Below are positions 40,282 to 50,358 of a DNA stretch of 64,000 nucleotides, piece by piece. A program made the position numbers and the translations under genes. Every line of letters starts with the position of its first letter. Positions within the stretch are counted from its first letter, which is position 1. This DNA comes from a virus: IMG/VR virus record IMGVR_UViG_3300010033_000001, positions 1 to 64,000 of that record; one strand, given 5' to 3'. A model generated the notes under the pieces. That model had not been told where the DNA came from. It did no database searches and was given only the letters and a program-made list of their open reading frames with translations.

Positions 40282-42632
40282 TGCCTGGCCTCATCTAGTT
40301 CAATCTGATCAATCACCCTGCTCGATATTTCCTGGCTATCGATTTCTACGACTACCTTGGTATCTCTGACGGTCTCCTTAGTATTCTGTACCGTTACCGT
40401 TTCATTTTGTGCTGCTGTAGCATTTGCCACAGTTATATTTTGTGCCAGGTTATCAAGCCGTGGTGACCTGGCGACTCCCTGAACGTTAGCATTTATATCA
40501 GCATCATCACTAAGCCCTAAAAAGCTAAGTATTGAGCCACCAAATGGCAAGGCTGATAGTAAACCTTTCACCAGAATAATTAAACCGTTCCATGCGGATT
40601 TGAGACCTTTACCTATTTGGTCTACAATGAATGCGCCAAGATTCCAAAGTCCACTGGCAAAATTGGTTAAAAAATTTCCAAGTTCCTTGAATCTCGTGAT
40701 AAGGCCTATTGCGAGGAGTCCAAATGTCATAAAGGCAGAAATGACGAATCTTATCACTGGTAAAATCACACCAACAAATACGGATGCTAAAAGTTTTCCG
40801 GCCTTAGTCCATTTTTCAAGTGATGATTCGTTTTTGTCAACTTCAATCCCAAAGAGTGCAAATACTGAATCCAAGAATTTATTGAACATGTTCTTCACCT
40901 CCTCAAAGACAGGCTTCAATTCCTTGGAAATATCTTTAAATACAGATAAAAACCCACTCACAAACGACTTAATCCTTACAATCCATGTACCTAAGTTCAA
41001 AACGAATTGTAGTATACCCATCTTATCCAAGCTATCCCGCATTCCTTTCGATAACGCGAATGTTTCACCGTTCCATGATTTAAATATCTGAATCGAAGCC
41101 TTGATGACACCACCAATTTTTTGCAGGACACCAAGAAAACCTGTCGCTGGTTCATCCGTCCCTTTCATAACTTTGTTAAATTTATTTACTGCGATTGCAG
41201 CCAAAATTAAAGGTGCTGCAATTAAAGCGGCTATTGCAACAAATGGCAATATACCGGCAATGGCCGGTGCCGCTGCAACCGCAATGGCAATCAATTCAGT
41301 AACTATGGCCCCTAATATTGGTACAAGTGTACCACTTACAAAAGACCATACGATAAAACCACTAATCAACATAGCCACCGCAGCAGCAACCCTAACTATC
41401 CATTGTCCTAGTTTGGTTTGTATCAATTTATTGACAAGTCCAAGCAGTTTAGTGAAAAGCTGAACTATAGGCCTTAGTATTGGGGTCAGTGCTGCACCGA
41501 TTTGTGTCATCGTCGTCTGGAACACTGATTGAAACAATATGAAATCACCCTTAAGATTATTTAATAATTCGTTGGCAACCCGCTCAGCTGTCCCTGCTGC
41601 ATTCTCATTTTGTTTGGTAAAATGCTCGAGTGCATCGGCACCCCGTAAAATAACCTCACGGCCATCACGAAATACTTTTACCTGGGCTTGCATTAGTGTT
41701 GTGATCTCCTGAATCGATTCGGCACCGAATATAGTTGTCAGTGTAGCAACCCGCTGCTGATCGGTCATATGCCTCGTGGCCTGTTGAACCCTCCTCACTG
41801 TTTCATTCAGCCCAACAAATTTACCAGTCGCATCAAACACACTGAGGCCGATGGCGTTCATTTCATCCTTTGCCGCTTTGATACTACCGGTAAGCCTGGC
41901 TACTAATGAAGTACCTAAAGCCCTGGTACCTATTGAGCCCTGAAGGCCCGCATTGGACAGTGCCATCATCGATGCCGCTGCCTCCTCAATTGGTATCTTC
42001 AATGCCGATGCAGTCGGCCCTAAAAATTTCATACCCTGTGCGAACTGCTCAACATTCTGGTTTGAGTTGATGGCAGCGTTTGCGATCACATCAGCAACCC
42101 GGGCCATTTCGCGTGCCGGTAGTTGAAACTGTGCTAATGTATTGGAAGCAATGTCGGCTGACCTGGCCAGGTTAATATTGCCGGCTGCTGCAAGGTTCAA
42201 AGTACCTGGTAAGGCATCCATTATCTCCTGAACCTGAAAACCTGCCTGAGCCAGGAACACCTGGCCCTTTGCGACTTCCTTAGCACTAAATACGGTATCC
42301 TCACCCAGTGCAAGAGATTGTTTTCTGAGCTCATCCAATTGGACGGAGCTCGCCTGTGATTTTGCACCGACCTCGCTTATAATAGCCTCAAAATTGGCAC
42401 TCGCGGCAATCGCAAAACCAAAAGGCGCCAGTAATCCGGTTATAGTAAGTATCGTCGTTAGAAAGCCTGCAGTAAGTGCCTGAAGGTTTTGATTGATCTT
42501 AGTCACACCTGCGTTAACGGTTTGATTCAGCTTGTTGAATGATGAACCAATGTTACCTGCTTTATTTGAAAAAGCATCGGTCAGTGAGAACACGATTCCC
42601 ATTCCCAAATTGTCTCCGCTACCAAATGCCAT
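40278..42632 (-). CDS. tail tape measure protein
   Basis: FLGPTASALKIPIEEAAASMMALSNAGLQGSIGTRALGTSL core motif, hydrophobic central segments, and position after the chaperone. Confidence 0.85.
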   Translation of the reverse strand: MAFGSGDNLGMGIVFSLTDAFSNKAGNIGSSFNKLNQTVNAGVTKINQNLQALTAGFLTTILTITGLLAPFGFAIAASANFEAIISEVGAKSQASSVQLDELRKQSLALGEDTVFSAKEVAKGQVFLAQAGFQVQEIMDALPGTLNLAAAGNINLARSADIASNTLAQFQLPAREMARVADVIANAAINSNQNVEQFAQGMKFLGPTASALKIPIEEAAASMMALSNAGLQGSIGTRALGTSLVARLTGSIKAAKDEMNAIGLSVFDATGKFVGLNETVRRVQQATRHMTDQQRVATLTTIFGAESIQEITTLMQAQVKVFRDGREVILRGADALEHFTKQNENAAGTAERVANELLNNLKGDFILFQSVFQTTMTQIGAALTPILRPIVQLFTKLLGLVNKLIQTKLGQWIVRVAAAVAMLISGFIVWSFVSGTLVPILGAIVTELIAIAVAAAPAIAGILPFVAIAALIAAPLILAAIAVNKFNKVMKGTDEPATGFLGVLQKIGGVIKASIQIFKSWNGETFALSKGMRDSLDKMGILQFVLNLGTWIVRIKSFVSGFLSVFKDISKELKPVFEEVKNMFNKFLDSVFALFGIEVDKNESSLEKWTKAGKLLASVFVGVILPVIRFVISAFMTFGLLAIGLITRFKELGNFLTNFASGLWNLGAFIVDQIGKGLKSAWNGLIILVKGLLSALPFGGSILSFLGLSDDADINANVQGVARSPRLDNLAQNITVANATAAQNETVTVQNTKETVRDTKVVVEIDSQEISSRVIDQIELDEARQ

Positions 42633-42658
42633 ATGATCAAATTTTTAATGCAACTTAT

Positions 42659-42681
42659 AAAAAAAAGAGGTCATTACCTCT
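42659..42681 (-). terminator. hairpin plus T8 between the chaperone and tape measure genes (attenuator candidate)
   Basis: AGAGGT-AATG-ACCTCT followed on the minus strand by T8. Confidence 0.4.
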
Positions 42682-42683
42682 TT

Positions 42684-42881
42684 TTACCGGGTCTTAGTCT
42701 TTGACCTGAGTTTCTGTAATTCAGCCTGTTCTTTTTCTTTCTGTTCAGATAACTTATCAATGAATTTCAGTATGCTCGTTAACTCAAGTGATTTAAAATC
42801 ATCCAATGAGCCTAGCGACAACCCGCCATAATTTAAATAGAAATAGGCCTCCTCTAGGTCGCCAAGCTCGGAAAGAAAAAA
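42684..42881 (-). other. programmed -1 frameshift: slippery heptamer T_TTT_TTC (42881-42875) plus a 65-codon -1 frame extension of the tail chaperone
   Basis: Hand-translated -1 frame is open from the slippery site to the TAA at 42686-42684 (FFLSELGDLEEAYFYLNYGGLSLGSLDDFK...KTKTR). The zero frame stops at 42854. Confidence 0.7.
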
Positions 42882-43738
42882 CTTGAGGTCTGCACCAGAT
42901 CAACCATGGTATTCATGTTATCATCATTTTGATTAACGATGTTAACCGTGGTATTGAAGGTACCTTCGCATTTCTGAATTTGCTGTCGCATTTTTTCGAT
43001 GTCAAGCACTTCTGCCTGTCGATAGTTCCAAGAAGATTCTACATCTTTATTTTGCTGTTTGTCATGCAAAATAAGTTTTGGCGAACGCATTTGTATAGGT
43101 GTGTTGATCGTAATCTCATTCACCTGCATTTTCGCAAAATTCTTTTCGGCTCTCGCTGTTGATAATTGCCATTGTATTCTTTTACCTTCCAGAGTTTTAA
43201 ATTCTTGTGTCCGGAACTGATCTATTTGAGAATAGCTATCGAACATTTTGATGAATTCATCAGGAATGTTTGCAGGATGCTCAGGGTCGTTGCTCATCAT
43301 GACAAGATCCTCATAATCTTCCACATCCCATTTTTCCATTAATTCACTGATAAGCTTATCACGGTGCTCGTCAACCCAGTAATAGGGTTTTTTCTCAAAG
43401 GCTTCCTCTGTGATGTCAAATTCATATTTCTGGGCATCTTTTTGCTTGCCTTTCACCGGCCAGTTATACGTGAATGGAAACGTTTTAGGATTCCCCAATG
43501 AAAAGTTACGACATCTGAATAATAGATACTTCAGGTCATTGGAGAGCATATTAACCACAAACTCATGTGTGATTTTATCATTGTCACCGACCCTTTGTAA
43601 TACAGCCGCTGCCAGCCTGGTGAATGCTGACCTGTCATTTAGATTCTTTTGATTACTCAGGATATCCTGATCATCACCGAGCATTGAACGGACCACACAT
43701 TCCACGCCGCTAGGTAATACAAATTCTTCTGTTCTCAT
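42854..43738 (-). CDS. tail assembly chaperone (short form)
   Basis: Lies between the tube and tape measure genes and ends 19 nt after a TTTTTTC slippery site (last base 42875; TAG at 42856-42854). Confidence 0.65.
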   Translation of the reverse strand: MRTEEFVLPSGVECVVRSMLGDDQDILSNQKNLNDRSAFTRLAAAVLQRVGDNDKITHEFVVNMLSNDLKYLLFRCRNFSLGNPKTFPFTYNWPVKGKQKDAQKYEFDITEEAFEKKPYYWVDEHRDKLISELMEKWDVEDYEDLVMMSNDPEHPANIPDEFIKMFDSYSQIDQFRTQEFKTLEGKRIQWQLSTARAEKNFAKMQVNEITINTPIQMRSPKLILHDKQQNKDVESSWNYRQAEVLDIEKMRQQIQKCEGTFNTTVNIVNQNDDNMNTMVDLVQTSSFFFPSLAT

Positions 43739-43767
43739 ATCAAATTTTTATGTTCATAAAAATAGGC

Positions 43768-43792
43768 AAAAAAAAAGAGGGTGCAAACCCTC
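43768..43792 (-). terminator. hairpin plus T9 after the tail tube gene (attenuator candidate)
   Basis: GAGGGT-TTGC-ACCCTC followed on the minus strand by T9. Confidence 0.55.
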
Positions 43793-43818
43793 TCTTATGT
43801 GTGTTAAGCATGTTGCGC

Positions 43819-44301
43819 TTAAAGGCCAAAAATTAGATTCCATCCCGGGGAGTTTTGTGGGTAATAACTTCTTACCGAAAATGTCACCTCCTCCATAAGT
43901 TTTTCACCGTCACCAGTCGATATGTAATTGATGCCGGCACGTTTCTGTGGCCACATCTCACCAATGTACCACGTTTGCACAACATCAAGCCCACCAGGTG
44001 CTAGTTCCCTGATAAATGCTGTTCTACGGCTTGCTATTGGATTTATAACAGCCTGAGCCATCCAGTCCAATATCCAGTTATCAGGCACGTCAAATGGCTT
44101 AATTTTCATCAACGTCATTGTGCTGAATTTTGGCTTACCCGGTAACTTGATATCAGACTCACCATAAGGTGCACCCTGCATAATTTCAGGCAGCTCGATT
44201 TCTGGTGGCGTCAATTCTTGGAATGCGAAATTGTTACCTCCCTGAACTTCCAGTAAAAACTGAAAGTTCATCATTGCTAAGATTCTTTGATCTACTGACA
44301 T
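43819..44301 (-). CDS. tail tube protein
   Basis: FQFLLEVQGGNNFAFQELTPPEIELPE...LPGKPKFSTMTLMK pattern (T4 gp19 / P2 FII-like); follows the sheath gene. Confidence 0.75.
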   Translation of the reverse strand: MSVDQRILAMMNFQFLLEVQGGNNFAFQELTPPEIELPEIMQGAPYGESDIKLPGKPKFSTMTLMKIKPFDVPDNWILDWMAQAVINPIASRRTAFIRELAPGGLDVVQTWYIGEMWPQKRAGINYISTGDGEKLMEEVTFSVRSYYPQNSPGWNLIFGL

Positions 44302-44304
44302 TTT

Positions 44305-46239
44305 TTAGTTGCTTACGTCTGTGCCTACCACAAATTCCAGCCTGTTAGAACTTGTCAATGTGGCATCAATTGATATTTTTTCAGTAGCCGGAATCGGTAT
44401 AAATACGATCCGGATACGATATTCTCCATTCTCAATGTTCTGAACAGTGTTATACTGTACCTGTGTGAAGTTGTCAACGTCCTGATCACCAATCCAAAAC
44501 CAATCCGTATTTTCACGGGGTCGTATGGCACGCTGATCGGCCAGGTTCCTCATGAATACTGAACCGGCACGATATGCAGCTTTCCAGGTGAAAGGGTCAT
44601 TGGGCTCAAACAGGAAAGGCCTGATCAATGTATTGAGTTCCCTAACCATATGAATCACCAAATCGGCTACATTCTCACGCGCAAGGAACGATGTTCCATC
44701 ATCATGCAATGAGTTGTTACCATGGTACTGAAGTTGGCCATTACTATTTACAACAAAGTTATAACCTGTGTTATAGACAGAATTTGCGTTTGTGATATTG
44801 TCAATCGAACCGTAGTTTGTCACCAAGTTATTATAAGGCCTTGTGATCACACCGCTCGCCTCCCTTGCCGCGCTGAACCATGGCCCAAATCTAACGTCCT
44901 TTATCAGCTGCAATGGGAACACGTCAATCACTGCGGGTATATCGATAGTACCACCAACGTTAGCCGGGTCAGGAATATTGATATAATCCGCAACGATACG
45001 GCCGAGATAGTTGTCGATTTTGGTGTTTGAACTGAATGTACTCAGTGCGTCACGATAGTTTATAAGTTGGCTTGATGAAAGGTTCGCGGGGTGTGTAGTA
45101 TAGAATGCCATTGGTTGACCTGCTGCCAGTCTCGCATTGCAATAATCACTTAGGCCAACATCAATATCGTTGTCAGCAACGATGTTCAAAATTCTTTGTG
45201 CATTGGTCACCTCTCCAAAAGCATACCAACCTGTGTTATTATCAGGACTACCTGTGTAATCTGTGGCAACGATAGCACCTAGATCCTGACTACCACCTGC
45301 AAGTGTGAATGTTCCGGTAGGTATTGACACTACAATTGCACTGAATTGAACATCACGTAATGATGAATTCAAGTTCGCTAGTTGCTGCGCAGTTGGTGTG
45401 CTGTCAATGCCTCGCAGCACTTCATCCTGATCTGAGTCAGGCATGCTAACAACAATATCAACTTCACCAGAAACACCGCTAATTGATTCGGTAATGGTTA
45501 CCGTACCATGGTAACCTGCACCAACATCCTTAGCGGTAATGGTTGCACTTGGTTGTGTTCCGGTAACACCACCGCTAAAAGTCGTGCCGTTACCACTCAC
45601 AGCAATTGTACCAACTACAGCGATATTCAAAGTATATACGTTAGCATCAGCACCTGTACCAACAGGGGCAACTACGTCAAAATTACCCGTTGCCTCCTTT
45701 GTGGCACTAAAACCATGTGTACCTGTACCACCATTGATGAGATCAACAATCGCCTGTGCAACCGCAGTCATACTTGACTCAGAAGCCGTTTTCGTATAAT
45801 CAGCGATTTGAACCGGGCTACCGCCAACGGTAACTGTAATTGTAACCGTATCATTATTGGCGCCTATGTTGGTGACATTCGCAGGAGCCTCGGCCAATGT
45901 TTCAGGAGATCCCGAGCTACCAGTAGCCGCAATTGATGCTTTGGAACCTTCGATCGTTGCCCGGTCGGTGATTGTCGTATAATGTGCGGCCGGGCTTATA
46001 TATAGAGACACCCCGGCATCAAGTATTCGCATAGCTGCTGTGGGCCCAATATCATTATCCAGGTGACTACCAAAGAAACGACGAAATTCGTTTGAATTCC
46101 TCACTAATCTGGCAACGTTCTTTTCACCTCGAGACGTGGGAATCTGTAGACATCCGACTGATTCATCATCCGATGGCAAAATCAGCGATTCGTCAGTGAC
46201 GCTGACGCTAGTGCTGGGAAATCCTATCGTTCTAGTCAT
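44305..46239 (-). CDS. tail sheath protein
   Basis: 644 aa. C-terminal sheath signature (VADLVIHMVRELNTLIRPFLFEPNDPFTWKAAYRAGSVFMRNL...EYRIRIVFIPIPATEKI). Confidence 0.8.
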   Translation of the reverse strand: MTRTIGFPSTSVSVTDESLILPSDDESVGCLQIPTSRGEKNVARLVRNSNEFRRFFGSHLDNDIGPTAAMRILDAGVSLYISPAAHYTTITDRATIEGSKASIAATGSSGSPETLAEAPANVTNIGANNDTVTITVTVGGSPVQIADYTKTASESSMTAVAQAIVDLINGGTGTHGFSATKEATGNFDVVAPVGTGADANVYTLNIAVVGTIAVSGNGTTFSGGVTGTQPSATITAKDVGAGYHGTVTITESISGVSGEVDIVVSMPDSDQDEVLRGIDSTPTAQQLANLNSSLRDVQFSAIVVSIPTGTFTLAGGSQDLGAIVATDYTGSPDNNTGWYAFGEVTNAQRILNIVADNDIDVGLSDYCNARLAAGQPMAFYTTHPANLSSSQLINYRDALSTFSSNTKIDNYLGRIVADYINIPDPANVGGTIDIPAVIDVFPLQLIKDVRFGPWFSAAREASGVITRPYNNLVTNYGSIDNITNANSVYNTGYNFVVNSNGQLQYHGNNSLHDDGTSFLARENVADLVIHMVRELNTLIRPFLFEPNDPFTWKAAYRAGSVFMRNLADQRAIRPRENTDWFWIGDQDVDNFTQVQYNTVQNIENGEYRIRIVFIPIPATEKISIDATLTSSNRLEFVVGTDVSN

Positions 46240-46283
46240 GAATTTTTTTTTATGAATTTACCTCTTTTCGATTAAAACACAAA

Positions 46284-46982
46284 TTAATTCAAATTGACGA
46301 CAATATCATCATCAGTATTGTCAGGCTCACCAAAACCATTCACATTAACCTGAATGCTTTGTATCGGTTGTATGTCCTGTTGAACTATTCTGTCCTCATC
46401 GAATACAACGTGTCGAACGATATACCGATAGATACGCTCGATATTATTACCGTCACTGACATCGACTGGTTCAAAGTTCTGGAATATCCAAAAACCTCCC
46501 TCAGTATTGGTCAAATCATCATTGATGCCTTTCAGGAACCTACGCCGGTTAAAAGCCTGCCCCATTACTTGAGTCAATGCCCTGTCATCCCGGGTCTTCA
46601 ATGTAATGATCCGGAATTCATATTCAATATCATTTGTGGTTTCAGCTGTAGTGACCTTATTAAAGGTCATACTCTGGCCACTTCCAACCTGTGTGAAATC
46701 AACGGGCCGGCCGAAACCAATGGATCCTGCATTGACTTTAACACGGTCAATTATGATTGTCTTTTGCTTTAGGTCCCCTCGGTTATTAAAACCGCCAACA
46801 CCAAATAATTCAACATAGGTACCGGCTGATATCATCGCATTACGAGCGGCATCAAGACCTGCTGGGTCATTGGCAATGTTAAAAGCCCTTACATCCGGAT
46901 GAAGGTTTTTTCTGATGAGCTCATCCTTAATTGCCCATTCAATACCTCGATCAATCTGTGCAAGTGTGAAAGGTGTGATCAT
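46284..46982 (-). CDS. neck/tail-completion protein
   Basis: 232 aa immediately upstream of the sheath gene; called by position only. Confidence 0.3.
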   Translation of the reverse strand: MITPFTLAQIDRGIEWAIKDELIRKNLHPDVRAFNIANDPAGLDAARNAMISAGTYVELFGVGGFNNRGDLKQKTIIIDRVKVNAGSIGFGRPVDFTQVGSGQSMTFNKVTTAETTNDIEYEFRIITLKTRDDRALTQVMGQAFNRRRFLKGINDDLTNTEGGFWIFQNFEPVDVSDGNNIERIYRYIVRHVVFDEDRIVQQDIQPIQSIQVNVNGFGEPDNTDDDIVVNLN

Positions 46983-47470
46983 ATACCGTACTTACGTTTT
47001 AAGAAATTCAATGCGTTCCTATCCATAAAATCAGTTTCCTTCAACCAGGCTTTGATTTCTTCCATAACCGGACCCCATAGCGGGCGCCTGGGTATGTTCC
47101 TGACTATTGAACCAAATTCATGAACCTTTGCGATGTCAGCAACTTCATCACCTTCATCAGTTTTCACCTTCCTGAGCACACCGGCAAATACCTGCTTTTT
47201 GTTAACTACCTGACTGGTGATCGCCTGGTAATAAACACTACTTCTCACAAGTATTTTTTCAGATTTGCTCTGCCTGATCTTTCTAGCCTTATACTGATCG
47301 CTCAACGGCTGCCATTCCAAATCCTGATCTACAATGTGTTTGACCGCCCTACGTTCACCTTCAAGTCCTATTTTCTTCAGGCTGTTCCTATTGGCCAACC
47401 ACAGGTCATTTTTCAGATTGGTTGATACCGCCATCACCTTTGCCCAATCACCAGTCTTTTTAACTCCCAT
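46979..47470 (-). CDS. head-tail joining protein (HK97 gp10 / Mu gpG-like by position)
   Basis: 163 aa with overlapping start/stop codons with its neighbours. Confidence 0.35.
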   Translation of the reverse strand: MGVKKTGDWAKVMAVSTNLKNDLWLANRNSLKKIGLEGERRAVKHIVDQDLEWQPLSDQYKARKIRQSKSEKILVRSSVYYQAITSQVVNKKQVFAGVLRKVKTDEGDEVADIAKVHEFGSIVRNIPRRPLWGPVMEEIKAWLKETDFMDRNALNFLKRKYGI

Positions 47471-47930
47471 CCTGCTGTGGTAAAAATCTTTTCAAATCAA
47501 CTCTTACTAATAAATTACTTGACCCTATGGGGCCACGTACATTTACACCCGTTATCACGTACTCACGATTATTCACGACAAAAGTGTCCTGTCCCGCGAT
47601 CATTTCCGGTTCATTGTTGGCGCTTATAAGTCCTTGTGTATTCAGGTCGGCAAAATTGAACAGCAAGTAGCTTTCTGTAACATTCTTTGCCCCGCTATCA
47701 CTGAATTCAGATTCACTATTGCTTTCACCGGTTTCTTTAACCTCTAGGGCCAGCAAATTGAAATCTGTATCACTAGTAGTTTCACTTTTTTCCTCATTGA
47801 AGAGAACTACTGAGTCAGTGCGTCGTGTCTTTCTCCGGAACACTACCGGCACCTGGAAGAACGTATCAGTAACATCCTTGATTGCATCAGTAAATTGTTG
47901 TCGATCAGCTGCTGAAAGTAAGTCTACCAT
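47460..47930 (-). CDS. neck-module protein
   Basis: 156 aa; called by position only. Confidence 0.3.
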   Translation of the reverse strand: MVDLLSAADRQQFTDAIKDVTDTFFQVPVVFRRKTRRTDSVVLFNEEKSETTSDTDFNLLALEVKETGESNSESEFSDSGAKNVTESYLLFNFADLNTQGLISANNEPEMIAGQDTFVVNNREYVITGVNVRGPIGSSNLLVRVDLKRFLPQQDGS

Positions 47931-48451
47931 TAGTAACCTGTTTTATCAATTTTGGTAATGAATGGGGTAAGTACAGTATCACCGTCATCAAGCTGACGGC
48001 AAATTGGTAATTCATAACCTAATAATGTAGCCTGCTGGCAGATCTTCTGAAGTGTTTTACTGATTAGTTCCTTTGCATTCAATCCGAAACCTGACTTTGA
48101 AAAATCAGCCGTTTGAAATTCTACTTCAGTCACGTCAGCCTGTGCTCGTTTGATATCGCGATTACCTGACTTACCGTCAGTTGTCGTGGTTGATTCCAGG
48201 GACTTTTTGCAGAGTAAATCGTATTCTACCAGATAAGCCAATAATAGTTTTTGTTGATTGCTATAACTTGCCTCTACTTCGACCTCGGAATCTTCCAATT
48301 CTGTGAAAGGCTGAAGGTTATATTGCTGTGCAATGATCAGGTTATCGATATCAGTATCAAGCTGTGCCGGAATGGTACCCTGCAGGTAGGTCAGGTTAGT
48401 TTTGATAATTTCTTTAATCGTTCCTAATGGCATCGTATCAAGTTTAAACAA
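47930..48451 (-). CDS. head-tail connector/adaptor candidate
   Basis: 173 aa, the first gene after the capsid block. Confidence 0.3.
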   Translation of the reverse strand: MFKLDTMPLGTIKEIIKTNLTYLQGTIPAQLDTDIDNLIIAQQYNLQPFTELEDSEVEVEASYSNQQKLLLAYLVEYDLLCKKSLESTTTTDGKSGNRDIKRAQADVTEVEFQTADFSKSGFGLNAKELISKTLQKICQQATLLGYELPICRQLDDGDTVLTPFITKIDKTGY

Positions 48452-48472
48452 GAAGAGCCCAGTACGGGCTCT
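48445..48472 (-). terminator. hairpin after the capsid block (attenuator candidate)
   Basis: AGAGCCC-GTACT-GGGCTCT followed on the minus strand by TCTTGTTT. Confidence 0.4.
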
Positions 48473-48499
48473 CTTAAAGGTGATAATATATCGAAGAAA

Positions 48500-48997
48500 T
48501 TACTTTCCTTTATTGGCCTGAGCAAGCTCTTTTTTCAGTCGTGCAACCTCATCAGTCAATTCTTTGTTTTTAACCTCTACCGCTGCAGCTTCTTCAACCT
48601 TTTTGTTTGCACTGGCAGTCAATTCCTGTGCCTCAGTCAATACAGCCTCAGCGGCCTCCTTATCCTGCTGGGCCTGGATTGCATTCTGCTTAGACTCATC
48701 AAGCGCCTGAGTTGCTTTGTTAAGCAATTCATTCGACACCTGGCCAACCTTTTTCGCCTGTGCATTATCGGCTTTTGTTTGTTTAGCCTTTTCTGACTTG
48801 GCACGTTTCTGATATTCGTCATATGCTGACTTATCAGTGATTATCAAACCCTGTCGGCCGACGGCTGACAAAACCGCATTCGTTTCTTTAAGGGGAACCA
48901 CCATACCCGGTAATAGGGTCTGGTGTTCCTCCTTTTGATCTCTATCAGTAAAGCTCGATGCCAATTTGCCGAGCCTGTAATATTTAGTATCTGCCAT
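48500..48997 (-). CDS. Ala/Lys/Gln-rich coiled-coil head-module protein
   Basis: 165 aa directly after the major capsid gene. Confidence 0.45.
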   Translation of the reverse strand: MADTKYYRLGKLASSFTDRDQKEEHQTLLPGMVVPLKETNAVLSAVGRQGLIITDKSAYDEYQKRAKSEKAKQTKADNAQAKKVGQVSNELLNKATQALDESKQNAIQAQQDKEAAEAVLTEAQELTASANKKVEEAAAVEVKNKELTDEVARLKKELAQANKGK

Positions 48998-49000
48998 CGA

Positions 49001-50356
49001 TTAGTTGAATTTAGTGGTATTGATTTCAGAATCGATGTCCATGTAAGTAGGAAATGCCCCGGTTTGACCCGCAGTTGCATTGTAAATAGTTCCACCATTT
49101 ACGACTACCCTGGCATCACGTTTGACAATTACAAAACCTTGGCGATAGGTAAGAAACAGCCTTAAGCTTTGTGTTTCAGGATCTCTCAGCTGCTCAGCTC
49201 GTAGTGAGCCAAACTGAAGTTTCAACAACGCCCTGGCGCTGTTCAGAAAAATCGACTTGTTAGCCGCCAGGTTAAACACACTTTGGTTCTGTACACCGAC
49301 CTCAGCCTGATCACGCATGAACGTGATCGGGGTAACATAGTTACCAGTAGTTCCTGATTCGACTATGTTTTTGGTGCTCTGTGCCTCAGTCGTGATGAAG
49401 TAGTTAGGACCCAACCCCAATCGATTCATTCTTGTGGCGACTCTGATCATGTCAGGCCTGTCGATTCCTGTAGTGGTATTGTCCACACCAATTTCAGGTG
49501 CACTTTCTGACATATCAGATTGTTCACCATTCAAAAGAACAGTCAAAGCCTCATTGTCAGAACCCAGTGCGAACTGTGATGAAAAGTCCTGCATAAAGAT
49601 TGTCATGTCGGACAATGCCGATTGCAAAATCAGTTCTTCAGTAAGTTCCATACCTACACCAATCTTGTACAGGTTGACGCTCTTTTGACCAAATTTGGTT
49701 GTTCCGATAGGAATCGCGGAACCTTCACCTATTCTCCTTGCCAATGCGTTGGACTTCCTGATTTGTGGCATAATGATGCCATCAAGTTTATCAACCTGTC
49801 GGGTTCCGGCAATCCAGTTCATATGCATTGCCGTGTGCAGGTAATTGGTTCTGATTGGATCAAGAATCAGTTCACTGATCAGGAATCGAAAGTCATTAGG
49901 TACTGAATCAGTACCACGGGGCCCATCAAATCCAAGTACATTTGTACCGTGGTTTATCAATGATTGCTCGAGTTGTGAAACACTGGAAATATCAGTCTTC
50001 AATGCTTTGGCAACATCGTGCAAAGTCATTGAATTCTTATAGATTCCCATTGCCTGCAGCAGCTTATCAGACTTGCTGACTTCAATCTTTCCGTCAGAAG
50101 CTTTTTCATCCTTGAGGCCATAGAATTGTTCAAGTGCCGTATTCAAGTTTAGATCAATTGGCTTGATCCTATTGCCATCCTCATCGACCGAAACGCCACT
50201 TCTGGCATCAGAAATTTGCTTTGTCATCATCAAAGCACTTTCCATAACACACTCCTTCAGTTCAGTCCGATCTTTGATCAGCTTGTCACCCTGAAAGTGC
50301 TCGAATACCTTTTGACGTGACTTCTCAGCCTCTACTAATTTAATTTCCTTTTTCAT
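49001..50356 (-). CDS. major capsid protein
   Basis: 451 aa; positioned after the protease/scaffold and decoration-like genes. Confidence 0.6.
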   Translation of the reverse strand: MKKEIKLVEAEKSRQKVFEHFQGDKLIKDRTELKECVMESALMMTKQISDARSGVSVDEDGNRIKPIDLNLNTALEQFYGLKDEKASDGKIEVSKSDKLLQAMGIYKNSMTLHDVAKALKTDISSVSQLEQSLINHGTNVLGFDGPRGTDSVPNDFRFLISELILDPIRTNYLHTAMHMNWIAGTRQVDKLDGIIMPQIRKSNALARRIGEGSAIPIGTTKFGQKSVNLYKIGVGMELTEELILQSALSDMTIFMQDFSSQFALGSDNEALTVLLNGEQSDMSESAPEIGVDNTTTGIDRPDMIRVATRMNRLGLGPNYFITTEAQSTKNIVESGTTGNYVTPITFMRDQAEVGVQNQSVFNLAANKSIFLNSARALLKLQFGSLRAEQLRDPETQSLRLFLTYRQGFVIVKRDARVVVNGGTIYNATAGQTGAFPTYMDIDSEINTTKFN

Positions 50357-50358
50357 TG

